DNA from: Pseudobacteriovorax sp.
Lineage (GTDB): Bacteria; Bdellovibrionota_B; Oligoflexia; Oligoflexales; Oligoflexaceae
Length of the DNA stretch: 11,025 bases
NCBI GenBank assembly: GCA_050293845.1
Contig: JBNKNM010000192.1
Span: 1 to 11,025, forward strand
Direction of reading: 5' to 3'
Made by a program: the position numbers and the translations under genes. A model generated the notes under the pieces. It was not told the DNA's origin. It saw only the letters and a program-made list of their open reading frames with translations, and ran no database searches. Positions 1-7,664 of this stretch are shown here, one piece after another; positions within the stretch are counted from its first letter, which is position 1; each line of letters begins with the position of its first letter.

Positions 1-71
1 ATTCGATGCTCGCCGCAGGGCTTCTCCATTCCTCCCGGCCCTAACGAGACCGGGTTTCCTGGAGAAGTTTG
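1..71 (-). mobile_element. Probable left end of an IS200/IS605-family element or non-autonomous derivative; the element body lies outside the window
   Basis: The minus strand reads TTCAT|CAAACTTCTCCAG-GAAA-CCCGGTCT-CGTTA-GGGCCGGG-AGGAAT. This gives an imperfect subterminal hairpin (54..34, 8 bp with two G.T pairs), a GAAA tetramer at its 5' foot (58..55) and TCAT 13 nt further 5' (75..72). GAAA/TCAT obeys the IS608 guide/cleavage pairing rule (AAAG/TTAC, GAAT/TCAA). No transposase is visible in the window. Confidence 0.65.
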
Positions 72-665
72 ATGAAACTTTTTTATACTGCCGCTTCACC
101 TTATGCCAGAAAAGTGCGAGTATTACTGCGTGAATTCGATATCCAGGAAGTGGAGGAAGTTTTCGTCGACTACAAAGATAATGATCCGAACCTCATTGTC
201 ACCAACCCCCTTGGCAAGGTTCCCGCCCTGATTACTGGTGAGGACGAAGTTTTATTTGACAGTCAAGTCATCTGCGAATTTTTAGACTATCGTTATAATG
301 AGGGTCGCTGGACACCTTCAACATGGCCAGAAAAAGTAGCTATGGCTGCAGTCCACGGTATGATAGATCAATCTGTTGTCATGATAGTGGAAAAACGACG
401 TCCTGAAGACAAACAGTATGACTATTGGCTGAGACGCTATGAAAAAGCCATTCCGCGATCATTACAATGGCTTTACTCCAACCATGGAACGGATTTTCTC
501 GCCACTCCTAATATTCTTTCCTTATCCCTGGCCTGTCTTTTAGAGTACTTGGACTTCCGGCATCCCGAACTTCCTTGGCGACAGCAGGTTCCTGAATTTT
601 CAGAGTGGCTGGAGTCGATGAGCCATAGGAAATCCCTTGAAGTAACCCGTCCCAGTTCTTCATAG
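72..665 (+). CDS. Glutathione S-transferase family protein
   Basis: N-terminal MKLFYTAASPYARKVRV, NPLGKVPAL and LFDSQVICEFLD are typical GST thioredoxin-like N-domain motifs. The C-terminal LACLLEYLDFRHP..WR fits YibF-like GSTs. ATG at 72 is preferred over TTG at 69 because GGAG at 61-64 gives 7-nt spacing. Confidence 0.93.
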   Translation: MKLFYTAASPYARKVRVLLREFDIQEVEEVFVDYKDNDPNLIVTNPLGKVPALITGEDEVLFDSQVICEFLDYRYNEGRWTPSTWPEKVAMAAVHGMIDQSVVMIVEKRRPEDKQYDYWLRRYEKAIPRSLQWLYSNHGTDFLATPNILSLSLACLLEYLDFRHPELPWRQQVPEFSEWLESMSHRKSLEVTRPSSS

Positions 666-668
666 GAC

Positions 669-736
669 TAAATGACATGATTGCCATGGGGACTAATATT
701 TCTTTACAGTATATAGGGGATTTAGTTAAATGACAT
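669..736. repeat. 10-bp direct repeat TAAATGACAT x2
   Basis: Exact copies at 669-678 and 727-736 within a ~90-100 bp intergenic gap. Confidence 0.8.
681..710 (+). promoter_or_regulatory. Candidate sigma70 promoter for the CFA-like gene
   Basis: TTGCCA (681-686), 18-nt spacer, TACAGT (705-710); flanked by two TAAATGACAT copies. Confidence 0.35.
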
Positions 737-752
737 AAAACAAATATACGAT

Positions 753-2003
753 GTGGGGTTTTCGATGAATAAAGTAATCCCAAGAACCATCAAGTATATA
801 GAGAATTATCACAATTCCCTGTATAAGAGTAGCATTCTTGCAAGACTTCAAAGAATGACTCATGGCCACCTCTCCGTGGAAATAGAAGGTGATGAGCATA
901 AGTACTCCTTTGGATTAGGACAAAAAATCCGCGCCGATTTGTATATAAAAAGTGAGCAGTTTTTTCTGCGTTTACTGCGCTACGGTGAGGTAGGTTTCGG
1001 GGAATCCTATGTAGAAGGTGATTGGGAGTCCAAAGACCTAGTATCCCTTATCAAATGGTTTATCATCAATATTCACAATTCGGGAAGCAAAGATCCTCCC
1101 CTGTTTCTCATCCTTGATGGCCTCCATAAAGTTAAAAGATTTATGAACCAAAGTTCCTATAGCAGCTTCGATAAAAATATCAGTTATCACTATGACTTAG
1201 GTAAGTTCTTCTTCGCGCAATTTCTCGATGAAACTTTAACAAACTCCTCGGGAATGTTCTCAGGACAAGACTTGAATCTCGAAAGCGCTCAAATTGTAAA
1301 GAACCGAAAAATCAGCGAACAGCTCATGTTAGATAGTGGTACTACTGTGCTCGACCTTGGTTGCGGTTGGGGGTCTTTATCTTTCTATATCGCTTTGAGC
1401 TTTGGTTGCCCAGTAACCTGTGTAACCGTATCAGAAGAGCAGTACCGCTATATTCGTGAGCGCATTGAAGAGCTTCATCTCAACAAGCTAATCACGCCTA
1501 TGCTTTGCGATTATCGTGATGTGAAGGGCAGCTTTGACCGTATCGTATCCGTAGAGCTTATAGATTCTTTGGTGCGCTCGGATTTACATAATTTTTGGGG
1601 GATGTGTGACTATTTACTGAAACCCAAAGGTCGTATGGTTCATCAATTATTGTTACAACCAGAAACAAAACAGTTTAGTTCTACACAAGGAGATTGGGTA
1701 CAGAAATATATTACTCCAGGGGCATTGACACCAACAATGACAGAACTATGTATGGCAATCCGGTCAGCAAGCAGTTTCCAAATAGAGCATCTTAACAACT
1801 TAGGTCAGGATTATGCTAAAACCTATGAACTTTGGTTAAGCAGGTTCACTGATAAGATAGATTTTCTCAGACGGCAAGGATACGACGAAAACTTTCTAAG
1901 AACATGGCAATACTACTTAGCATATGCACAGGCTGCCCATAGCCTTGAAGCGTTAACATGTACGCAAATCACTTTAAAAAGGGCTAAAGACCAACTTTTA
2001 TAG
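753..2003 (+). CDS. Cyclopropane-fatty-acyl-phospholipid synthase family SAM-dependent methyltransferase with a divergent active site
   Basis: GFGESYVEGDW lipid-binding N-domain motif, NISYHYDLG, SAM motif VLDLGCGWG, DYRD, FDRIVS, KYIxPG and WQYYLAY. The start may be ATG 765 rather than GTG 753. Confidence 0.9.
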   Translation: MGFSMNKVIPRTIKYIENYHNSLYKSSILARLQRMTHGHLSVEIEGDEHKYSFGLGQKIRADLYIKSEQFFLRLLRYGEVGFGESYVEGDWESKDLVSLIKWFIINIHNSGSKDPPLFLILDGLHKVKRFMNQSSYSSFDKNISYHYDLGKFFFAQFLDETLTNSSGMFSGQDLNLESAQIVKNRKISEQLMLDSGTTVLDLGCGWGSLSFYIALSFGCPVTCVTVSEEQYRYIRERIEELHLNKLITPMLCDYRDVKGSFDRIVSVELIDSLVRSDLHNFWGMCDYLLKPKGRMVHQLLLQPETKQFSSTQGDWVQKYITPGALTPTMTELCMAIRSASSFQIEHLNNLGQDYAKTYELWLSRFTDKIDFLRRQGYDENFLRTWQYYLAYAQAAHSLEALTCTQITLKRAKDQLL

Positions 2004-2134
2004 CAGCGATTTATCTCAGTTGCTCGAATGAAAGAAAGTAGAATTTTGTGAAAACTCTAAGAGAATAAAGCTCAACGAGAAATGAATTATATGTTAAAAT
2101 AAACAATTCCTTAAACTAGCCTGGGTAATCATAT

Positions 2135-2536
2135 ATGATAACTTCAATGAACAGTAGGGATTTGTTCCAAGGATACTCTATTGTTATAGCTGGTGATATA
2201 GCAGAACTCAAACAATCGGTTGTTAAGGAATTTTCATTAAGGGGCTCTGAGCCTGTCATAATCGGCTCTGGAGACGATGCAATCGTTGATTGCATAACTC
2301 AAAATTCCGTAGATGTACTGCTGTTAATTACTAAGCAGAATGCAATTCCGCTTGCAAAAAGAATAGCCTGGAAGGTTACTGATTCTGGGAATAGACCACA
2401 TGTTTTTTGGACCATCAGCGATATTTTTATCCCCTTATCTGATGGCTTTACACCGTATGAATTCAAGACTAATGAGTTGCTAAAACCTATCTACTATTCG
2501 CTACTTATTTATAAGGATTTACTCGACCATGGCTAG
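2135..2536 (+). CDS. Hypothetical protein, probable degenerate CheY-like (pseudo-receiver) domain
   Basis: The pattern SIVIAGD / helix ending LRG / GSGDDAI / VDVLLLI / PHVFW / DGF...F...ELL follows the receiver (beta-alpha)5 spacing but lacks the acceptor Asp and the KP Lys. It overlaps the next gene by 8 nt (ATGGCTAG). Confidence 0.6.
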   Translation: MITSMNSRDLFQGYSIVIAGDIAELKQSVVKEFSLRGSEPVIIGSGDDAIVDCITQNSVDVLLLITKQNAIPLAKRIAWKVTDSGNRPHVFWTISDIFIPLSDGFTPYEFKTNELLKPIYYSLLIYKDLLDHG

Positions 2537-4577
2537 TCTAAAAGATAAGTCATCTACTATTGTTATAATCGATAAGTCAGGAACAATGCGCTCTTCTTTC
2601 TCTAGCGTATTACGAGAGCTCGGTTACAATAACTTACTTTCATTAAAGTCAATAAAAGAATTTATAGCATTCAAAAACAGAGGTCAAACATCCTGGATTG
2701 TCACTCACAGTTATTTACAGGATAGTCTCTCTGCCTTTCACCTTCTGCGGCTAGCCTTGGAAAATCCTGAATTTCAAAATCTAAGAGTCACCATTCTTTT
2801 TGATGAAAGTGAAGAACAGTATATTCCTTTTGCCTTTGCAATGGGAGCTATTTCCTACCATGTTGGTCCCTTAACTCCCACGGTAATCCGCAATCAATTT
2901 GGAAATGTTTTAAACACGATAAATGCAGAGCCTGACTATATTATAGCTGCCAGGTTTTGTCGCGAATTTCTACTAAGAAAAAAGTTGCTTGAGGATCTAG
3001 TTGAGTTAGAGACCATACTTCTAGAAGGCTATGATCACTCACCAGAACAGTTTTTCCGAACAGCTGAAGCTTACTTTATATCTGGCAATGAGCATAAGGG
3101 TATAGAAACTCTTTTTGAATCACTCGTTTATGACAGTGGCTTACGAGATCAGGCTAACGCTTTGAGTCAAAAATATGTGGGACGTCCCCTTGCCGATCAT
3201 GAAAACATCCTTCAATTCGATACTTGTATTTTGATTGATTCAGATGTGGCTGTTCGCAGAACCTTGATCCCACTCATTAAAGCTTTAAATTTCAAAAATA
3301 TTGTTGAATTTGATGATGGCCGCAAAGCCCTTGACTTCTCACGAAGAGCCCCTAACATAGATCTGATCGTCACAGAATGGAAACTAAGGGAGTTATTTGG
3401 TCCCACTCTTATACAAATACTCAGGTATGAACTGGACTCCACAATCCCCATTATTGTTTGTTCATCATTATTAAAAAAAGAAGACGAAATTCTTCTGCAG
3501 GAAATAAATGTCAATAAGCTAATTTCAAAACCAATTCGTCCACAAAATTTTCTAGCATCTACAATTCACGTACTGAAGCAAAGCCGATATCCTTCTGAAC
3601 ATATTTCGAAACAAAGAGAAATAAGATTACATTTAAAAAATGGGGAAATTGAAAAAGCTGTTTCTATCTTTAAGAGCTTAAATCTCGATTCTGGTTTTCC
3701 CCAAGGAAAGAAAAAACTTCTCCACGCCGAAATTATTTTCGCCAAAGGTGATTATGTTTCTGCAAGGGATTTAGCTATACAGGCAGCTCAAATTGACGGC
3801 TATGACTCTATTACCCTCAGTCTACTTGGTAAAATATTCATTCACCTCGGCGAGCATATGAAGGCCCTCCAGTACCTGGAAAAGGCCAATGCTCTTTCGC
3901 CTAACAATATAGAAAGAATATGCTCTATCGCTGTCGAACATGCTGAGTTAGGAAATAATTCTGATTCCCAGAAAATTCTCAGTACATTGCGCAAAGAGGC
4001 TCCCGATGCCATCATGGTAAAGGAAGCCTCCGTAAAATCAGCAATTAAAAGAGGCCAGCACGAGGAAGCTAATGCTTTTCTGGGAAGTATGGATTCCAGT
4101 TCAAGTCTTGTAACATTTTGGAACAACCAAGGGATTTCCTACGTAAAACAGGACAAGATAGAGCATGGACTGAATATCTATAAACGTGCCCTAGCTACTT
4201 TACCTCCGGGATATTCAGATAACCGTAGTTTTATACGCTACAATCTAGCGTTAGCCTATGCTAGAGCCAGCCAATTTGAAAATGCTCTCCTTTACCTCTA
4301 TGTTGAGTCAGTAATGCCTCATTCTCCTGTTATAAAAAAGGTTCGTTCGCTCTATCATAAAATTTCTGTTTCCTTAAGAGACGATACTCCTCTTGTTCTT
4401 ACTGGAACTGATGAATCAGAGGTTATTCAACCTGAAAGGACGATAGGCATTCCTATAGAAACCTCGTTACTTCCTGGAGAACTGTGCTTATGGGGACTAT
4501 ATAAACCAGACAAAGCGATTCCGGAAGTCCTGCTTAAGGAATCCACGATTCTGACAAAAATCAAAAACACAGGTTAA
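2529..4577 (+). CDS. Dual atypical receiver domain plus tetratricopeptide-repeat protein
   Basis: Receiver 1 at aa ~10-125 (IVIID...LRELGY...WIVTH...MGAISYHVGP). Receiver 2 at aa ~232-345 (CILIDSD...DDGRKAL...DLIVTEW...PIIVCSS...LISKP). TPR-like helices after aa ~360 (LLGKIFIHLGEHMKALQYLEKANALSP, WNNQGISYVKQDKIEHGLNIYKRAL, YNLALAYARASQFENAL). No DNA-binding output domain is evident. Confidence 0.85.
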   Translation: MASLKDKSSTIVIIDKSGTMRSSFSSVLRELGYNNLLSLKSIKEFIAFKNRGQTSWIVTHSYLQDSLSAFHLLRLALENPEFQNLRVTILFDESEEQYIPFAFAMGAISYHVGPLTPTVIRNQFGNVLNTINAEPDYIIAARFCREFLLRKKLLEDLVELETILLEGYDHSPEQFFRTAEAYFISGNEHKGIETLFESLVYDSGLRDQANALSQKYVGRPLADHENILQFDTCILIDSDVAVRRTLIPLIKALNFKNIVEFDDGRKALDFSRRAPNIDLIVTEWKLRELFGPTLIQILRYELDSTIPIIVCSSLLKKEDEILLQEINVNKLISKPIRPQNFLASTIHVLKQSRYPSEHISKQREIRLHLKNGEIEKAVSIFKSLNLDSGFPQGKKKLLHAEIIFAKGDYVSARDLAIQAAQIDGYDSITLSLLGKIFIHLGEHMKALQYLEKANALSPNNIERICSIAVEHAELGNNSDSQKILSTLRKEAPDAIMVKEASVKSAIKRGQHEEANAFLGSMDSSSSLVTFWNNQGISYVKQDKIEHGLNIYKRALATLPPGYSDNRSFIRYNLALAYARASQFENALLYLYVESVMPHSPVIKKVRSLYHKISVSLRDDTPLVLTGTDESEVIQPERTIGIPIETSLLPGELCLWGLYKPDKAIPEVLLKESTILTKIKNTG

Positions 4578-4622
4578 TACCTCAAATGATGAGATCTTCA
4601 CCAAAAACCTGAAAGCCTATAT

Positions 4623-5330
4623 ATGTCACGAATTCTTATTTTATGTTTCTATGCCACTATAGGGAACGCATCACCTCAAAGCTCTCAAAATTACCGCATT
4701 GACTTTACCGTTAATGACCCAGAATCCTATAAAGTTTACTATAAGGGACATGAAGATATAACCCTCACTCCCGACACGATAGAAAAAAAAGCTTATTACT
4801 ATGACCTAAAGAATCAACCTGTACAAACTGAGTTTGTCACCTTCACAAAAAAAGATTTCGTGGTAAAAACCTATGATTACAACAACATTCCTACAGGAGA
4901 AATGAGCCGAATACGCACCAAGAATAAGAAAATAAATATCACATACCGTCCTCCAGGAGGCTTATTAAAAACAGGAACTATGACCTGGGAAGAAAACATG
5001 TACCATGGAAAATCGTTTCATCAACTGATTTTAAAGCACTGGGATCAGCTCAGTAGGGGTCAAGATTTTGAATTTAAACTATTACTTCCCTATCGTTTCG
5101 AAAGCCTGGACTTTGCTATTGTTAAAAAATCGGTAAAGATTGTGGGTAAGAAGTCCCTAATTACTTTCGCACTACAACCACAAAGCTTTATTATTCGCCA
5201 GTTTGCACCTGACCTTGAGGCGGAATATACCAATGAGAAAGACCCCAAAATCAAAAGCTTTTATGGTCCAACGACACTCCCCATAAATGGAGAAACGGGT
5301 CAAATGGTTCGTATCTTGTTCTCTTATTAA
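4623..5330 (+). CDS. Hypothetical exported protein, beta-rich N-terminal half
   Basis: 235-aa ORF with a short signal-like N-terminus (MSRILILCFYATIGNA) and alternating beta-strand patterns. No catalytic motif recognised. Confidence 0.7.
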   Translation: MSRILILCFYATIGNASPQSSQNYRIDFTVNDPESYKVYYKGHEDITLTPDTIEKKAYYYDLKNQPVQTEFVTFTKKDFVVKTYDYNNIPTGEMSRIRTKNKKINITYRPPGGLLKTGTMTWEENMYHGKSFHQLILKHWDQLSRGQDFEFKLLLPYRFESLDFAIVKKSVKIVGKKSLITFALQPQSFIIRQFAPDLEAEYTNEKDPKIKSFYGPTTLPINGETGQMVRILFSY

Positions 5331-5348
5331 GAAGCTTACTAAGATAAT

Positions 5349-5377
5349 TTGACCCTTCTAAGTTTCCTGACTATACT
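5349..5377 (+). promoter_or_regulatory. Sigma70-type promoter of the fumarate hydratase gene
   Basis: TTGACC (5349-5354), 17-nt spacer, TATACT (5372-5377); both hexamers match consensus 5/6. RBS AGGAG at 5408-5412. Confidence 0.75.
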
Positions 5378-5417
5378 GCCAGCCTGAGATGTTTTATAGG
5401 ACGCTTTAGGAGCTGAT

Positions 5418-7025
5418 ATGGCTGACTTTAAATACCAAAAACCATTCCCCATGACAGAAGACTCCACCGAGTACCGTCTTCTCACCAAAGACTTTGTAAG
5501 TGAGACCGCATTTGAGGGCAAATTAGTCCTTAAGATAGCCCCGGAAGCTTTAGAAATGCTTGCTCAAGAAGCTTTAAAAGATGCTTCTTTTTATCTGCGA
5601 TCTGCCCATTTAGAAAAAGTCGCCAAAATTCTTGATGATCCAGAAGCGAGCGATAATGATCGGTTTGTGGCGCGCACCCTGCTCGAAAATTCTGTCATTG
5701 CGGCTCAGGGTGAGCTTCCTACCTGTCAGGATACGGGAACAGCCATTGTCATGGCGAAAAAAGGAGAACAGGTCTGGACTGGAACTGATGATGCTTCGTG
5801 GCTTTCAAAAGGAATCTTTAAGACCTATCAGGAAACCAATCTTCGCTACTCTCAGGTAGTACCTTTATCAATGTTTGAAGAAAAGAATACGGGAACTAAC
5901 CTTCCCGCCCAGATAGACATCTATGCAACCCCTGGAGACGAATACCACTTTCTGTTTCTCGCTAAGGGAGGAGGATCGGCAAATAAATCCTTTCTTTTTC
6001 AACAAACCAAGTCCCTCTTAAATGAGATAAGTCTGACAAAATTTATTCAAGAGAACGTAAGAACCATTGGAACAGCAGCCTGTCCCCCCTACCATCTAGC
6101 CATCGTCATCGGTGGTACTTCTGCTGAAGCTAATCTCAAAACTGTCAAAGAAGCGTCAGCTGGTAACCTGGATCATCTTCCCACCGAGGGCAATATGGGG
6201 GGACAGGCATTTCGTGATCTGGAATGGGAGCAAAAAGTTCAAGAAATATGTCAAAACAGCCATATCGGTGCCCAGTTCGGGGGCAAGTATTTTACTCACG
6301 ACGTGCGTGTGATTCGCCTACCCCGTCATGCAGCTTCATGCCCCGTAGGCATCGGGGTAAGCTGCAGTGCCGATAGAAATATTAAAGCCAAAATAACTAA
6401 AGAAGGTATCTTTCTGGAAAAACTTGAGACGAACCCGGCTAGGTTTCTGCCACAAGCCCGCTCAAAACTCGAAGACCCTGTAAACATCGATCTCAATAAA
6501 CCTATGGCTGAAATTTTACAAACCCTTAGCCGTTACCCTATCAAGACTCGCCTAAATCTGACAGGAACACTGATTGTCGCCCGCGACATGGCCCATGCCA
6601 AAATTAAAGAGCTTATCGATGCTGGAAAGCCCATGCCAGAATACTTTAAGAACCATCCCGTCTATTATGCTGGTCCTGCTAAAACCCCTAAAGGCATGGT
6701 TTCTGGAAGCTTTGGTCCCACAACAGCAGGACGGATGGACCCTTATGTCGATCAATTCCAGTCCTTAGGAGGGTCGATGATCATGCTAGCAAAGGGAAAT
6801 CGCTCCAAATCAGTCACAGAGGCCTGTAAAAAACATGGTGGCTTCTACCTGGGTTCCATCGGGGGTCCCGCTGCAATTCTAGCGAAAGAGAATATTACGC
6901 AGGTGGAGGTCCTCGACTTTGAAAACCTAGGCATGGAAGCTATCAGGAAAATCGAAGTTAAAAACTTTCCAGCTTTCATTATTTGTGATGACAAGGGTAA
7001 CGATTTTTTTGCTGATCTTTCTTGA
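5418..7025 (+). CDS. fumA: Class I [4Fe-4S] fumarate hydratase (FumA/FumB type, single chain)
   Basis: Cys motifs [16 protein letters not shown] and [49 protein letters not shown] and [16 protein letters not shown]. Confidence 0.97.
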   Translation: MADFKYQKPFPMTEDSTEYRLLTKDFVSETAFEGKLVLKIAPEALEMLAQEALKDASFYLRSAHLEKVAKILDDPEASDNDRFVARTLLENSVIAAQGELPTCQDTGTAIVMAKKGEQVWTGTDDASWLSKGIFKTYQETNLRYSQVVPLSMFEEKNTGTNLPAQIDIYATPGDEYHFLFLAKGGGSANKSFLFQQTKSLLNEISLTKFIQENVRTIGTAACPPYHLAIVIGGTSAEANLKTVKEASAGNLDHLPTEGNMGGQAFRDLEWEQKVQEICQNSHIGAQFGGKYFTHDVRVIRLPRHAASCPVGIGVSCSADRNIKAKITKEGIFLEKLETNPARFLPQARSKLEDPVNIDLNKPMAEILQTLSRYPIKTRLNLTGTLIVARDMAHAKIKELIDAGKPMPEYFKNHPVYYAGPAKTPKGMVSGSFGPTTAGRMDPYVDQFQSLGGSMIMLAKGNRSKSVTEACKKHGGFYLGSIGGPAAILAKENITQVEVLDFENLGMEAIRKIEVKNFPAFIICDDKGNDFFADLS

Positions 7026-7112
7026 AGGGAACTAGCCGGCTCAGCCGTTCACATTTTTCAGCTAAAGCGAGGCTAATGCAAAAGGTTCCTTCGCGGATAC
7101 ATATTGGTAAAC

Positions 7113-7141
7113 TATGGAAAAATATATATCGTATTTCCATA
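7113..7141. terminator. Weak inverted repeat between the convergent fumarase and cytochrome genes
   Basis: TATGGAAA (7113-7120) / TTTCCATA (7134-7141) with a 13-nt loop. AT-rich stem and no clear U-tract. Confidence 0.25.
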
Positions 7142-7192
7142 ACTAGCCAATTTACTCCGCATCGTCAGATGAGGTAAAAATAACTAATCTGT

Positions 7193-7600
7193 TTAAAAGG
7201 TGGTTTCGCTCCAGTCCGGAAACGCGTGACAGTTAGCACAGTCCTGGCCAGTAAAGTGAGTGTCTGATTCCCTGTCTTTCTCATGACAGGTGACGCAAGA
7301 CTCAGGAGTCGGATCATGAGAAAATGATGGGGCTCCGTCCCCTCCCCCAGCGTCTGTAGGACTCCAGCTAGGGTATGCATGACAACTATAACAGTCTTGG
7401 CCAGCAAAGTGATCCTCTGAAAGCCTGTCTGACTCGTGACAGGTAACGCACTCTGTTCGGGGCTGGTGAGCAGCAAACTGCGGGTCTTGATTTACTGCGG
7501 TATCGGAACCTGAGGGATCTGCTGTTGCAGGAAGCTGCTTTGCTTTGCTTAAGCATCCCGATAGTAATGCCAAAAAAACCAATGATATTATAGCCCGCAT
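7193..7600 (-). CDS. Small tetraheme c-type cytochrome lipoprotein
   Basis: Lipobox LLSG-C16. Four CxxCH motifs (C51VTCH, C70YSCH, C102VTCH, C121ANCH) and four additional His (45, 64, 95, 115). GAGG RBS upstream. Confidence 0.9.
   Translation of the reverse strand: MRAIISLVFLALLSGCLSKAKQLPATADPSGSDTAVNQDPQFAAHQPRTECVTCHESDRLSEDHFAGQDCYSCHAYPSWSPTDAGGGDGAPSFSHDPTPESCVTCHEKDRESDTHFTGQDCANCHAFPDWSETTF
7208..7477 (-). repeat. Intragenic duplication of a diheme module
   Basis: aa 42-80 FAAHQPRTECVTCHESDRLSEDHFAGQDCYSCHAYPSWS (7477..7361) versus aa 93-131 FSHDPTPESCVTCHEKDRESDTHFTGQDCANCHAFPDWS (7324..7208). Confidence 0.9.
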
Positions 7601-7629
7601 ACCTTTACCTCATGAAGCAATTCCCCGAC

Positions 7630-7657
7630 TTATCGGAATACTGAGGTAGTTTCTTTA
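7630..7657 (-). promoter_or_regulatory. Candidate sigma28 (FliA) promoter of the cytochrome gene
   Basis: Minus strand TAAA (7657..7654), 16-nt spacer, TCCGATAA (7637..7630), compared with consensus TAAA-N15-GCCGATAA. Lies 29 nt upstream of the ATG. Confidence 0.55.
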
Positions 7658-7664
7658 GAAAAAA

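Noticed and set aside
508..783. 91-aa minus-strand ORF
   Set aside because: Antisense to the well-supported GST and CFA-like genes; no recognisable motif.
3212..4126. Minus-strand ORFs 3212..3514 and 3842..4126
   Set aside because: Antisense shadows inside the receiver-TPR gene.
5358..5385. CTAAGTTT...GCCAGCCT as a sigma28 promoter for fumarase
   Set aside because: The -10 element lacks the CGA core, and a better sigma70 promoter occupies the same DNA.
5339..6768. Short ORFs 5339..5521, 5632..5859, 6112..6312, 6552..6755 and 6574..6768
   Set aside because: Alternative-frame or antisense ORFs overlapping the highly conserved fumarase.
7165..7476. 103-aa minus-strand ORF overlapping the cytochrome
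   Set aside because: Out-of-frame shadow; the other frame has the lipobox, RBS and four CxxCH motifs.
5418..7600. Functional link between fumarase and the tetraheme cytochrome (fumarate respiration)
   Set aside because: The genes are convergent with separate promoter types, and no fumarate reductase is in the window.
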